From an uncultured virus (IMG/VR IMGVR_UViG_3300022660_000083) (taxonomy: Duplodnaviria > Heunggongvirae > Uroviricota > Caudoviricetes): a stretch of DNA of 20,000 bases. The notes below the pieces were generated by a model that worked only from the letters and a program-made list of their open reading frames with translations, ran no database searches and had not been told where the DNA came from. The DNA lies in IMG/VR virus record IMGVR_UViG_3300022660_000083, one strand, 5' to 3'. Of the stretch, positions 10,019-17,625 are shown piece by piece (position 1 is the stretch's first letter; the number at the start of each line of letters is the position of its first letter). The position numbers and the translations under genes were made by a program.

Positions 10019-10403
10019 AGACATTTTAGTGGCAAACGAGCCTTTGAAACGCTTATGCGATAAGAGGCTTGTAAACTACAAGAAGATGCGAGAACTTGCC
10101 AAATTATATAGGGCGGTTAAGCAAGAGGTGGAGTTCTACTCAGTAGAGGAAAAGAAAGCAGTTGATATCTATGCAGAATTAGATAAAAACGGCACACCTA
10201 TTTTTCTTGAAGATGGTAGGCTTCGCTTAAAGGATATGGAGTCCAAGATTGCTTTTGAAAAGGAAATCGAAAAGCTCCGTGATACCGAGGTTGACGGCAT
10301 TGAACCGATTATTCTTTGTGAGAAGGATTTTCGTTCAGAGGACGATTTGCCTACGGTAAATGAAATGCTAGCTCTTGAACCGCTTGTGGTATTCGAGGAC
10401 TAA
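10008..10403 (+). CDS. Phage hypothetical protein downstream of tail spike (possibly DUF1617-like)
   Basis: 131-aa charged helical ORF with GGAGG RBS, overlapping the tail spike stop; function not recognisable. Confidence 0.7.
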   Translation: MKLKDILVANEPLKRLCDKRLVNYKKMRELAKLYRAVKQEVEFYSVEEKKAVDIYAELDKNGTPIFLEDGRLRLKDMESKIAFEKEIEKLRDTEVDGIEPIILCEKDFRSEDDLPTVNEMLALEPLVVFED

Positions 10404-10416
10404 AGGAGGAAGAATT

Positions 10417-10677
10417 ATGGGTGAAACTATTGTAACCATCGCATCGATTATCACTGCCATAGGCGTAATTTTCGGTGTCATTTTTGCCATCTATAAATGG
10501 TACTTAAAGCAAGAAAAGCAGGATAAGGACATCAAGATAATCAAGGAGGAGCAGTTCCTTCTTACTCAAGGTGTCCTTGCTTGCCTTAAAGGTCTACAAG
10601 AGCAAGGCTGTGACGGACCTGTAACAATTGCAATAAAGCAACTAGAAAACCACATCAACAAACAAGCACATAAATAA
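10417..10677 (+). CDS. Small single-TM membrane protein, holin-like/lysis accessory
   Basis: AAAGGAGG RBS before ATG 10417; hydrophobic IVTIASIITAIGVIFGVIFAIY followed by a charged helix. Confidence 0.65.
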   Translation: MGETIVTIASIITAIGVIFGVIFAIYKWYLKQEKQDKDIKIIKEEQFLLTQGVLACLKGLQEQGCDGPVTIAIKQLENHINKQAHK

Positions 10678-10691
10678 TAGGAGGAATTATC

Positions 10692-11072
10692 ATGAACGAA
10701 ATTTTAATGAACATCATATCTGTTTTAGTAACTGCGGTTATTTTGCCGCTTATCTCTTTTGCAGGCTCGAAGCTGATTACTTGGCTTAACACCAAGATTA
10801 AAGACGAGAACGGTAAAATTCAGCTTACAGTAGCCACCACAATCGTCACGAATGCCGTTAGAAGCGTCTTTCAAACTTATGTGGACACTCTTAAGAAGAA
10901 CGGTACATTCGACCTAGAAAGCCAAAAAATCGCCCTTACAAAGGCAAAGGACGAGGCTCTTGCTCAAATGACTGATGATATCAAGGAATACATAACCAAG
11001 AACTATGGTGACCTTGAGGCTTGGCTTACTACGCAGATTGAGGCAACAATTAATATCTTAAAGAATAAGTAA
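10692..11072 (+). CDS. Putative holin (LL-H-like, one N-terminal TM helix)
   Basis: N-terminal TM, then AVRSVFQTYVDTLKK...WLTTQIEATI; last gene of the late operon. Confidence 0.7.
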   Translation: MNEILMNIISVLVTAVILPLISFAGSKLITWLNTKIKDENGKIQLTVATTIVTNAVRSVFQTYVDTLKKNGTFDLESQKIALTKAKDEALAQMTDDIKEYITKNYGDLEAWLTTQIEATINILKNK

Positions 11073-11078
11073 CGAACT

Positions 11079-11117
11079 ATCCCACTTAGTCAATACGGCT
11101 TGGTGGGATTTTTTTAT
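11079..11117 (+). terminator. Intrinsic terminator of late operon
   Basis: ATCCCACTTAGTC-AATAC-GGCTTGGTGGGAT hairpin followed by a T-run. Confidence 0.88.
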
Positions 11118-11149
11118 TGCAAAAATTCTCTGCATATATGGCTAATGGG

Positions 11150-11178
11150 TAGAAAAATTCATGTTTTTATGGTATAAT
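11150..11178 (+). promoter_or_regulatory. SigA-type promoter of accessory block
   Basis: TAGAAA (11150-11155), 17-bp spacer, extended -10 TGgTATAAT (11170-11178). Confidence 0.75.
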
Positions 11179-11208
11179 AGTTAAAACATCAAAGAAAAAG
11201 GATAAGTT

Positions 11209-11679
11209 ATGGATAATCTTGTATGTTCTTTTTTTGGTCACAGGGACGTTGAAATCACACCTGAATTGACTGAAAGAACCACAAAGGAAATAAAAAACGC
11301 CATTGTCGAAGGTTGTCGAATTTTCTACTTTGGTGGCTATAGTGATTTTGATAGCTTGTGCTATTCCATTGTTACACAAATCAAAGAGCAAAGACCTGAG
11401 TTAGAGCTGCAAAGAATATATTGTGTCTCTCAAGAAAGATACCTACGTAAAAAAGTGAGGTATTTCAACAGGAGCGATTATGATGATGTCATTTATCTAA
11501 TGCCTTCTTTCGAGGGTTGGTATAAAAGTATTTATTACCGAAACTGTGCCATGATAGACAACAGTGACTACATTATTTTCTATTGCGAAGAAAATCCAAA
11601 TTCAGGTGCTTATAAAGCTTATAAATACGCTCTAAAGCATAAGAAATCAATAGCAAATTTATTTAGAAAGTTAGATTAA
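11209..11679 (+). CDS. SLOG-superfamily protein (YspA/DUF1273-like)
   Basis: CSFFGHR, FYFGGYSDFD, RNCAMIDNSDYII and SGAYKAYKYA match the GHR...GG...RN..M.D...SG pattern of YspA-like SLOG proteins. Confidence 0.8.
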   Translation: MDNLVCSFFGHRDVEITPELTERTTKEIKNAIVEGCRIFYFGGYSDFDSLCYSIVTQIKEQRPELELQRIYCVSQERYLRKKVRYFNRSDYDDVIYLMPSFEGWYKSIYYRNCAMIDNSDYIIFYCEENPNSGAYKAYKYALKHKKSIANLFRKLD

Positions 11680-11696
11680 GCAGAGGAGGTGTTGCC

Positions 11697-12788
11697 ATGC
11701 CATTAAGAATAATTAGAAATGACTTGTTACAGATGGAGGTTGATGCCATTGTTAATCCTACCGATAGTAAATTATCGGGTTCGGGTAGTATTGATTTAAG
11801 AATCCATCAAGCAGGAAAAGAAGAATTAAAAAAAGAACTACTTAGCATTGGTAAATGTGACATAGGTGATGCCATATTAACTAACGCATACAATATGTCA
11901 TGCAGATATATCATTCACACAGTAGGTCCGATATGGAACGGTGATTCTAAAGCATTTAAAGTCCTTGAAAGTTGTTATAGGAATTGTTTGGAGTTGGCAA
12001 TATCACAAGACATAGAAAGCATTGCGTTCCCTTTGATAGCCACAGGTTCATTTGGGTTTCCTACAGACAAAGCTATTCAAATTGCTATCAATACCATTAA
12101 TTCGTTTTTACTTGACTACGATTTAGACGTATATTTAGTTGTTTATAACAGTGAGGCGTTTGGTATTTCCAAAAAGCTAGTAGAGGATGTTAAATCTTAC
12201 ATAGAAGACGATGTTGAAGAAGACGAAAGAATAAAGTTTATTCAAGAATTGTTATCTTACTATGAATTTAATGAAACTCCACTTGCTAAAAAAATAGTTG
12301 GAAAGATAAAAGTAAGTGATGCCATTGAAACTTCATTTAAGTGTTGTGCTCCAATGGCGGCGGATTTTTGCGAAAGTATAGAGGAAGGTAGCTTAGAGGA
12401 TCTAATTCCTGAGCTTGATAAAATTAAATGGACAAATGAGGACTCCTTTACATATAAGTTGTTCAAGATAATTGATGACAACAATCTTAAAGACTCAGAT
12501 GTATATAACGCAGCTGGTATTAGTAAAATGGTGTTCTCTAACATTAGAAAAGGCATAATTCCTAAAAAGAAAACCGTATTCCAACTTTGCTTGACTCTTC
12601 CAATAGGAATTACACAAGCTACCGATTTGTTGGCTAGTGCAGGATATACTTTCGTATTAAGCGATAAATTTGAGAAGACCATAAAGAAAATTATTGAGGC
12701 GAAAAACACGAAGAAACTTACCCGAATAGATGTCATTGATTTGATACTTTATGAGTTAGGATTACCCGTATTTAACAACGCTTATTAA
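11697..12788 (+). CDS. Macrodomain (Appr-1-p processing fold) fused to a C-terminal XRE-like HTH
   Basis: VDAIVNP, YIIHTVGPIW, LESCYRNCL and SIAFPLIATGSFGFP give the macro fold. DSDVYNAAGISKMVFSNIRKG...PKKKTVFQL...DLLASAGY is HTH-like. Confidence 0.88.
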   Translation: MPLRIIRNDLLQMEVDAIVNPTDSKLSGSGSIDLRIHQAGKEELKKELLSIGKCDIGDAILTNAYNMSCRYIIHTVGPIWNGDSKAFKVLESCYRNCLELAISQDIESIAFPLIATGSFGFPTDKAIQIAINTINSFLLDYDLDVYLVVYNSEAFGISKKLVEDVKSYIEDDVEEDERIKFIQELLSYYEFNETPLAKKIVGKIKVSDAIETSFKCCAPMAADFCESIEEGSLEDLIPELDKIKWTNEDSFTYKLFKIIDDNNLKDSDVYNAAGISKMVFSNIRKGIIPKKKTVFQLCLTLPIGITQATDLLASAGYTFVLSDKFEKTIKKIIEAKNTKKLTRIDVIDLILYELGLPVFNNAY

Positions 12789-12790
12789 AA

Positions 12791-12834
12791 GTAAATTTAG
12801 ACTTTACCATTTAATTGAAATAAAATGATATACT
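12791..12834 (+). promoter_or_regulatory. Palindromic operator-like site plus extended -10 promoter for the SIMPL-ARH operon
   Basis: GTAAA-N7-TTTAC at 12791-12807; TGaTATACT at 12826-12834; no good -35 at 17-bp spacing. Confidence 0.55.
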
Positions 12835-12867
12835 CTCCTTGTAAAACAAACGAGGAGGGTATTTTTT
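12830..12867 (+). terminator. Terminator-like hairpin that also sequesters the SIMPL RBS
   Basis: ATACTCTCCTTG (12830-12841) pairs with CGAGGAGGGTAT (12851-12862): 12 bp with two G-U pairs, followed by a T-run ending just before ATG 12868. Confidence 0.65.
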
Positions 12868-13533
12868 ATGACCAGAACAATTAAAGTAACAGGAAAAAGT
12901 AATGTCCAAGCAACCCCAGACTATACAAGAATTAGTCTTTCTATTTCAGACACGTTGGAAGAATACGATTCATGTTTGGCAAAATCCGTTGAGGATATGA
13001 ACATTATCGTAGAGTGCATCAAGGCATTTGGTTTTGAGAGAAAAGAACTAAAGACATCGGGTTTTGAAATAAATAGAAAGACCGAGGGCTACCGTGACAA
13101 AAACAATGATTGGAAATATCGTTTTATTGGGTATGAATACACGCAAAATCTCAATTTCACTTTCAAGAACGATAACCAAAGATTAGGACAAATTCTCTAT
13201 GCATTGGCTCACTTGTCTATCATCCCTGAAATCAATATCTCTTATTTTTGTAGTGATGTAGAAACAATCAAGAATCAACTGTTAGAACTTGCAATAAAAG
13301 ATGCCAAGAAAAAGGCAGAAATCTTAACAAATGCATCAGGAGTAAAGTTGTGTGAAATTATCGACATTGACTACTCTTGGATAAATGTTTCGTTTGAAAC
13401 TGATGACATGAAATTTTGCAAGCCAATGATGTTTGAAGAATGTTGTGATGCTGCTCCGTCATATAATGTTGATTTTGAACCCGATGATGTTTCGACAAGT
13501 GATAGTGTAAGAATAACATTTAGAATCGAGTAA
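12868..13533 (+). CDS. SIMPL domain protein (DUF541 / YggE-like), no signal peptide
   Basis: RTIKVTGKSNVQATPD...LELAIKDAKKKAEILTNASGVKLCEIIDI...VRITFRI pattern. Confidence 0.88.
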   Translation: MTRTIKVTGKSNVQATPDYTRISLSISDTLEEYDSCLAKSVEDMNIIVECIKAFGFERKELKTSGFEINRKTEGYRDKNNDWKYRFIGYEYTQNLNFTFKNDNQRLGQILYALAHLSIIPEINISYFCSDVETIKNQLLELAIKDAKKKAEILTNASGVKLCEIIDIDYSWINVSFETDDMKFCKPMMFEECCDAAPSYNVDFEPDDVSTSDSVRITFRIE

Positions 13534-13544
13534 AAGGTGTAAAA

Positions 13545-13808
13545 ATGGATAAAAAGAAAATCGAAGAAATAGTAACAAAAGTGGTAGCATATTTAGAAAC
13601 ATTGCCTCTAGGAACAGAAATTTCTACATGGCAAGCAACAAAAGAAGGTTATGGAATCAAAGATTTAGAAGATTGTGATTTCTTTGGAATAGATAAGCAA
13701 GTAAGAGTGGCTGCAAAAAAGGTTGGATTGAAATTGGACAGTTCAAAGTACAACAATTGTGAGGTCGGATTGCCTTTCAACATTCCGTTTGTAATAAGAA
13801 AGAAGTAG
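13545..13808 (+). CDS. Hypothetical protein (87 aa)
   Basis: AAAAGGTG RBS-like site and tight operon spacing; ends in VGLPFNIPFVIRKK; no recognisable family. Confidence 0.7.
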   Translation: MDKKKIEEIVTKVVAYLETLPLGTEISTWQATKEGYGIKDLEDCDFFGIDKQVRVAAKKVGLKLDSSKYNNCEVGLPFNIPFVIRKK

Positions 13809-13819
13809 GAGGTACACGA

Positions 13820-15403
13820 ATGATTGGTGCAATTATTGGTGATATCGTTGGCTCAAGATTTGAGTTTAACAATATAAAAACGAAGAAATTTTATTTATTT
13901 GATAAGAAATGCTCTGTGACGGATGATTCTGTTATGAGCGTGGCAGTGGCGGATATGTGTTTGAATGGTTATGTTCCAAACAATAAGAAAATGATTATTC
14001 AGACATTCAAAAAATGGGGACAAAAATATCCTTACGCAGGTTATGGTTCTCGTTTTTATCATTGGGTTTTATCGGATGAATCTATGCCATACAACTCTTG
14101 TGGTAATGGCAGTGCGATGAGGATTTCTGCCATTGGTTTCTTTGCAAACACTGCGGAGGAAGTAGAACTTTATTCAAAAGCAGTAACTGAAGTAACGCAC
14201 AACCATCCCGAAGGAATAAAAGGTGCTTATGTTACGTCTATGTGCATTTATCTTGCTAGAAAAGGTGCGTCGAAAAAAGAGATAAAAGAGTTTGTAGAAA
14301 AGTATTATGATATTGATTTTGACTATGAAACATTGAGAAGAACATATAAGCACGAGGCTGAAATTTGCCAAAATACTGTACCTCAAGCAATTTATTGTTT
14401 CTTGATTAGTAGCGGTTTTGAAGATTGTCTTAGAACTACGATTTCTATTGGTGGTGATTGCGATACTACGGCTGCTATTTCGTGTGCGATTGCAGAGGCA
14501 TATTACGGTATCCCTAGCGAAATAATCGAACAAGTTATGGAATACATACCTGATGACATGAAAGAAATCATACTGAAATTTGACCGTCAAATGCTAGAAT
14601 CCTCAATTAGTAGATATGGTAGAATTTTGAAATTTATTAAGCCATTGGAAGAGTATCCTGATAAACTTGCAAGATGGCAAGAGGGTGAAAGTAAAAAGGA
14701 TAAAGACGGTAAAATCGTTTTAACTTTGGGCTTTCCAATCTACGAGTCTGATGTTGTTGAATTTATGGAGGCAGTTCGTTCGTTCTTTGTGTATGACTAC
14801 GTCAAAGTAATTGAATCATATGGAATCAAATATGAAAATATTGATATTCACGCACTTGATTTAGCTAAGTATGATGACAAGTTGGTTTTGGCAATGCTTA
14901 CTGCAATTATTCGCTCTGATAGAGTTAACGAAGGCTTGATTATGGATATGATAAAAAATGGTTCTATCTTAAAGTTGCTTTTAAGATTGCAAGATTTTGA
15001 TGAACCATTGCTAAAAGAAGATATAATTACCAAAATTGATTATTCGTATAGTTGTTTTGGTGACTTTTCAAAGAATGAAGGTTTCGTAATCGATATTCTT
15101 TCAAAAGAAAAAGTTAGAATCGAATACAGTTCTCATAATATGGACGGTATAAAACCTGTTGTGGTTCTTGACGAGTCAGATTCCAAGACTTTGATAACCA
15201 AACTTTACAATTTGAACATTTTAGAGTGGCTAGAGGACTACGAACCAAAAGATATGATAGTTCTTGATGGCGAGTCTTGGCGAATGGAAATCGACACTTA
15301 TAATTTAGGACATATCCATAAAGGTGGAAATAACGCCTTCCCACATAATTGGCATTCGTTTAGAAACTTTAGAAGATGGATTTTAAGTAAAATGAGAGTT
15401 TGA
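13820..15403 (+). CDS. ADP-ribosylglycohydrolase (DraG/ARH family) with two additional C-terminal domains (first resembles DUF6508)
   Basis: GAIIGDIVGS, TDDS, GNGSAMR, THNHPEG and GGDCDT metal-binding motifs are intact. C-terminal LTAIIRSDRVNEGLI and WLEDY...LDGESW...GNNAFP segments. Confidence 0.92.
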   Translation: MIGAIIGDIVGSRFEFNNIKTKKFYLFDKKCSVTDDSVMSVAVADMCLNGYVPNNKKMIIQTFKKWGQKYPYAGYGSRFYHWVLSDESMPYNSCGNGSAMRISAIGFFANTAEEVELYSKAVTEVTHNHPEGIKGAYVTSMCIYLARKGASKKEIKEFVEKYYDIDFDYETLRRTYKHEAEICQNTVPQAIYCFLISSGFEDCLRTTISIGGDCDTTAAISCAIAEAYYGIPSEIIEQVMEYIPDDMKEIILKFDRQMLESSISRYGRILKFIKPLEEYPDKLARWQEGESKKDKDGKIVLTLGFPIYESDVVEFMEAVRSFFVYDYVKVIESYGIKYENIDIHALDLAKYDDKLVLAMLTAIIRSDRVNEGLIMDMIKNGSILKLLLRLQDFDEPLLKEDIITKIDYSYSCFGDFSKNEGFVIDILSKEKVRIEYSSHNMDGIKPVVVLDESDSKTLITKLYNLNILEWLEDYEPKDMIVLDGESWRMEIDTYNLGHIHKGGNNAFPHNWHSFRNFRRWILSKMRV

Positions 15404-15425
15404 TTAATAATGCAAGGAGACGAAA

Positions 15426-15575
15426 ATGAGTGATAAGAAAATTACAATAGTGTATTCAGAGCCGGCGGATTATTTTCCAAAGAGCACAAGGAAGAAATAT
15501 AAACTTGGGGAGTATGCAGAACAACCCACAAACGAACAGAAGAAACCTACGAAGAAAACACCAAAAAAGAAATAA
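15426..15575 (+). CDS. Small basic protein (49 aa), below ORF-track cutoff
   Basis: AAGGAG at 15414-15419; MSDKKITIVYSEPADYFPKSTRKKYKLGEYAEQPTNEQKKPTKKTPKKK; lies just before the operon terminator. Confidence 0.7.
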   Translation: MSDKKITIVYSEPADYFPKSTRKKYKLGEYAEQPTNEQKKPTKKTPKKK

Positions 15576-15593
15576 GAAAAAGTTTTATATTAC

Positions 15594-15625
15594 GAGCTGT
15601 AGCTTAACTGCTATGGCTCTTTTTT
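15594..15625 (+). terminator. Intrinsic terminator closing accessory block
   Basis: GAGCTGTAGC-TTAACT-GCTATGGCTC followed by TTTTTT. Confidence 0.88.
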
Positions 15626-15714
15626 ATGCCTTGAAAAAAATTTAAAAATTTCAAAACTTTTTCACCCGATTTGCTCTCGACTTCCCATTTGACTCTTGAA
15701 GGAGGCCGAGAGCT

Positions 15715-16110
15715 ATGACAACAGAACAAAGAAATAAAATTTATGAATTACGAGAAGGTGGACTAGGATATAAGGCCATTGCTAAAGAATTATCCTTGTC
15801 ACCAAGTGCGGTTAGATGTGTTTGCGATACCAAGAAAAAAGACGATGCCCCTGCAGGGGTTTGTAAGAATTGTGGAGTAAAAATAAGGTCTATCAAAGGC
15901 AAGAAAAAGCGATTGTTTTGCTCTGATAGATGCAGGATGATGTGGTGGAACAATCATAAAGACCAGGTCAACCGAAAAGCATATTATACCTTCATTTGCA
16001 AGGGTTGTGGCAAAGAGTTCAATTCTTACGGAAACAACCAAAGAACCTACTGTTCTATTGCGTGCTACTCCAAGTCAAGACGCAAGGAGGCGAATGGTAA
16101 TGAAAGATAA
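15715..16110 (+). CDS. HTH plus Cys-rich zinc-binding protein (putative regulator / recombination accessory)
   Basis: N-terminal HTH (GLGYKAIAKELSLSPSAVR); CKNCG...FCSDRC and CKGCG...YCSIAC; GAAGGAGG RBS. Confidence 0.8.
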   Translation: MTTEQRNKIYELREGGLGYKAIAKELSLSPSAVRCVCDTKKKDDAPAGVCKNCGVKIRSIKGKKKRLFCSDRCRMMWWNNHKDQVNRKAYYTFICKGCGKEFNSYGNNQRTYCSIACYSKSRRKEANGNER

Positions 16111-16369
16111 TATTATTCGTTTCTATATGGCACTTGCACCTCTTCAAGCAATGGAACGAAAAGGTATAATCACTCACGCTGAATTTCTCAAAGCGGAGGA
16201 CTTTTTGGCTAAAAAATATTATCTAAAAAAACACAATATTTATAGGCAAAATGACTTGATAAATAATTCAAAAAGAGTGATATATATACTACCGCAAGAG
16301 GAGGTGCAAAATGATACAAAAAACGATAACGACAATAGAACCGTTACCACAGTTAGAAAGGTTGATTAG
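16100..16369 (+). CDS. SHOCT-like small protein preceding recombinases
   Basis: AAGGAGG at 16084-16090; MERKGIITHAEFLKAEDFLAKKY is SHOCT-like; 3' end overlaps the recombinase by 59 nt. Confidence 0.65.
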   Translation: MKDNIIRFYMALAPLQAMERKGIITHAEFLKAEDFLAKKYYLKKHNIYRQNDLINNSKRVIYILPQEEVQNDTKNDNDNRTVTTVRKVD

Positions 16370-17624
16370 AGTTGCTGCTTATGCAAGAGTATCAAGCGGA
16401 AAAGATGCAATGCTACATTCCTTATCGGCTCAAATCACTTACTACCAAAACTACATCGTTTCACATCAAGGTTGGGAGTTTGCAGGGGTTTACGCAGATG
16501 AGGCTTTAACGGGAACAAAGGATAACCGAGAAGAGTTCCAAAGGCTTATTCAAGATTGCAAAGACGGAAAGATAGACCTAATCATTGTTAAGGCGATTTC
16601 AAGATTTGCAAGAAACACGGCAACATTGCTTGAAACGGTAAGGTTATTAAAAAGCCTTAAAGTGAACGTCTACTTTGAAGAACAAAACCTTTACACAATG
16701 AGTGCTGAAGGCGAGATGGTGCTTACATTCCTTGCTTCATTTGCTCAAGAAGAAAGCAGATCCGTAAGTGAGAATATGAAGTGGCGTATCAGAAAGGATT
16801 TTGAACAAGGGCTTATTTGGGGTTCAAAACCTCAACTTGGATATAGGGTTGTGGATAGACGCTTAGTTCTTGTTCCTGAAGAGGTTGACCTTGTGAAAAG
16901 GATATTCAGTCTTTACTTAGACGGTTATGGTTTCCAAGCAATAGCAAACATTCTTAACGCAGAAGGCTTAACAGGTATTCACGGAGTTAGGTGGTCGAAA
17001 ATGACTGTTGACCACATTCTTAAAAACTACAATTACACAGGTGACCTGATATTGCAAAAGACTTTTAGAATTGACCACTTAAGCAAAAAGAAAAAGAAGA
17101 ACAACGGTGAGGTAGACCAATTCCTAGTTGAAAATGCACACGAACCTATCATTTCCAAAGAAGACTTTATGCGTGTCCAAGAACTTATCGAACAACGAGC
17201 AAGGTACTTTAAGACCAAGAAGAAACCTAACACAATTCACCCTTTTACAGGAATAATAAAGTGTGGGATTTGCGGTAAGGGGTTCAGACGAAAAACGCAA
17301 AAGCCTCGCATATGGTGGGCTTGCAGCACATTCAACACACAAGGTAAAGACCATTGCAGTGGCAAGTCAATTCCTGAAGAAACGCTTATTGAAGAAACAA
17401 AAAAGGTTCTTGGCGTTGAGAGTGTAACGATAGACATTATAAAGAAAAAGCTAGACCACATCGAGGCATTTGACGGCAACAAGCTAGTGTTTTATTTGAA
17501 GAACGGCAAGGTTGTAGAAACCACATGGAAAGACCGTTCAAGAAGACAAAGTTGGACACCTGAAATGAAGGAAATTGCACGTCAAAGAGCTTTAGAACAA
17601 CATCGCAGAAAGGAAGGTAAATAA
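16311..17624 (+). CDS. Large serine recombinase 1 (resolvase + recombinase + Zn ribbon)
   Basis: AAYARVSS catalytic motif, ISRFARN, AQEESRSVSEN, LGY, HEPIIS, CGICG...C...C. Confidence 0.95.
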   Translation: MIQKTITTIEPLPQLERLIRVAAYARVSSGKDAMLHSLSAQITYYQNYIVSHQGWEFAGVYADEALTGTKDNREEFQRLIQDCKDGKIDLIIVKAISRFARNTATLLETVRLLKSLKVNVYFEEQNLYTMSAEGEMVLTFLASFAQEESRSVSENMKWRIRKDFEQGLIWGSKPQLGYRVVDRRLVLVPEEVDLVKRIFSLYLDGYGFQAIANILNAEGLTGIHGVRWSKMTVDHILKNYNYTGDLILQKTFRIDHLSKKKKKNNGEVDQFLVENAHEPIISKEDFMRVQELIEQRARYFKTKKKPNTIHPFTGIIKCGICGKGFRRKTQKPRIWWACSTFNTQGKDHCSGKSIPEETLIEETKKVLGVESVTIDIIKKKLDHIEAFDGNKLVFYLKNGKVVETTWKDRSRRQSWTPEMKEIARQRALEQHRRKEGK

Positions 17625-17625
17625 T

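Noticed and set aside
6650..11072. Diversity-generating retroelement or invertible tail-fibre shufflon
   Set aside because: No reverse transcriptase, no TR/VR-like duplicate of the spike 3' end, and no inverted alternative tip cassettes are visible.
11209..15403. A named defence system (DarTG, Thoeris)
   Set aside because: No DarT-like ART, TIR or SIR2 domain is recognisable; the SLOG and macro domains here are not in ThsA architectures.
16250..16369. SHOCT C-terminal extension as a functional overlapping domain or a frameshift into recombinase 1
   Set aside because: The recombinase has its own GAGGAGG RBS and ATG at 16311; the extension is more simply read-through past a lost stop.
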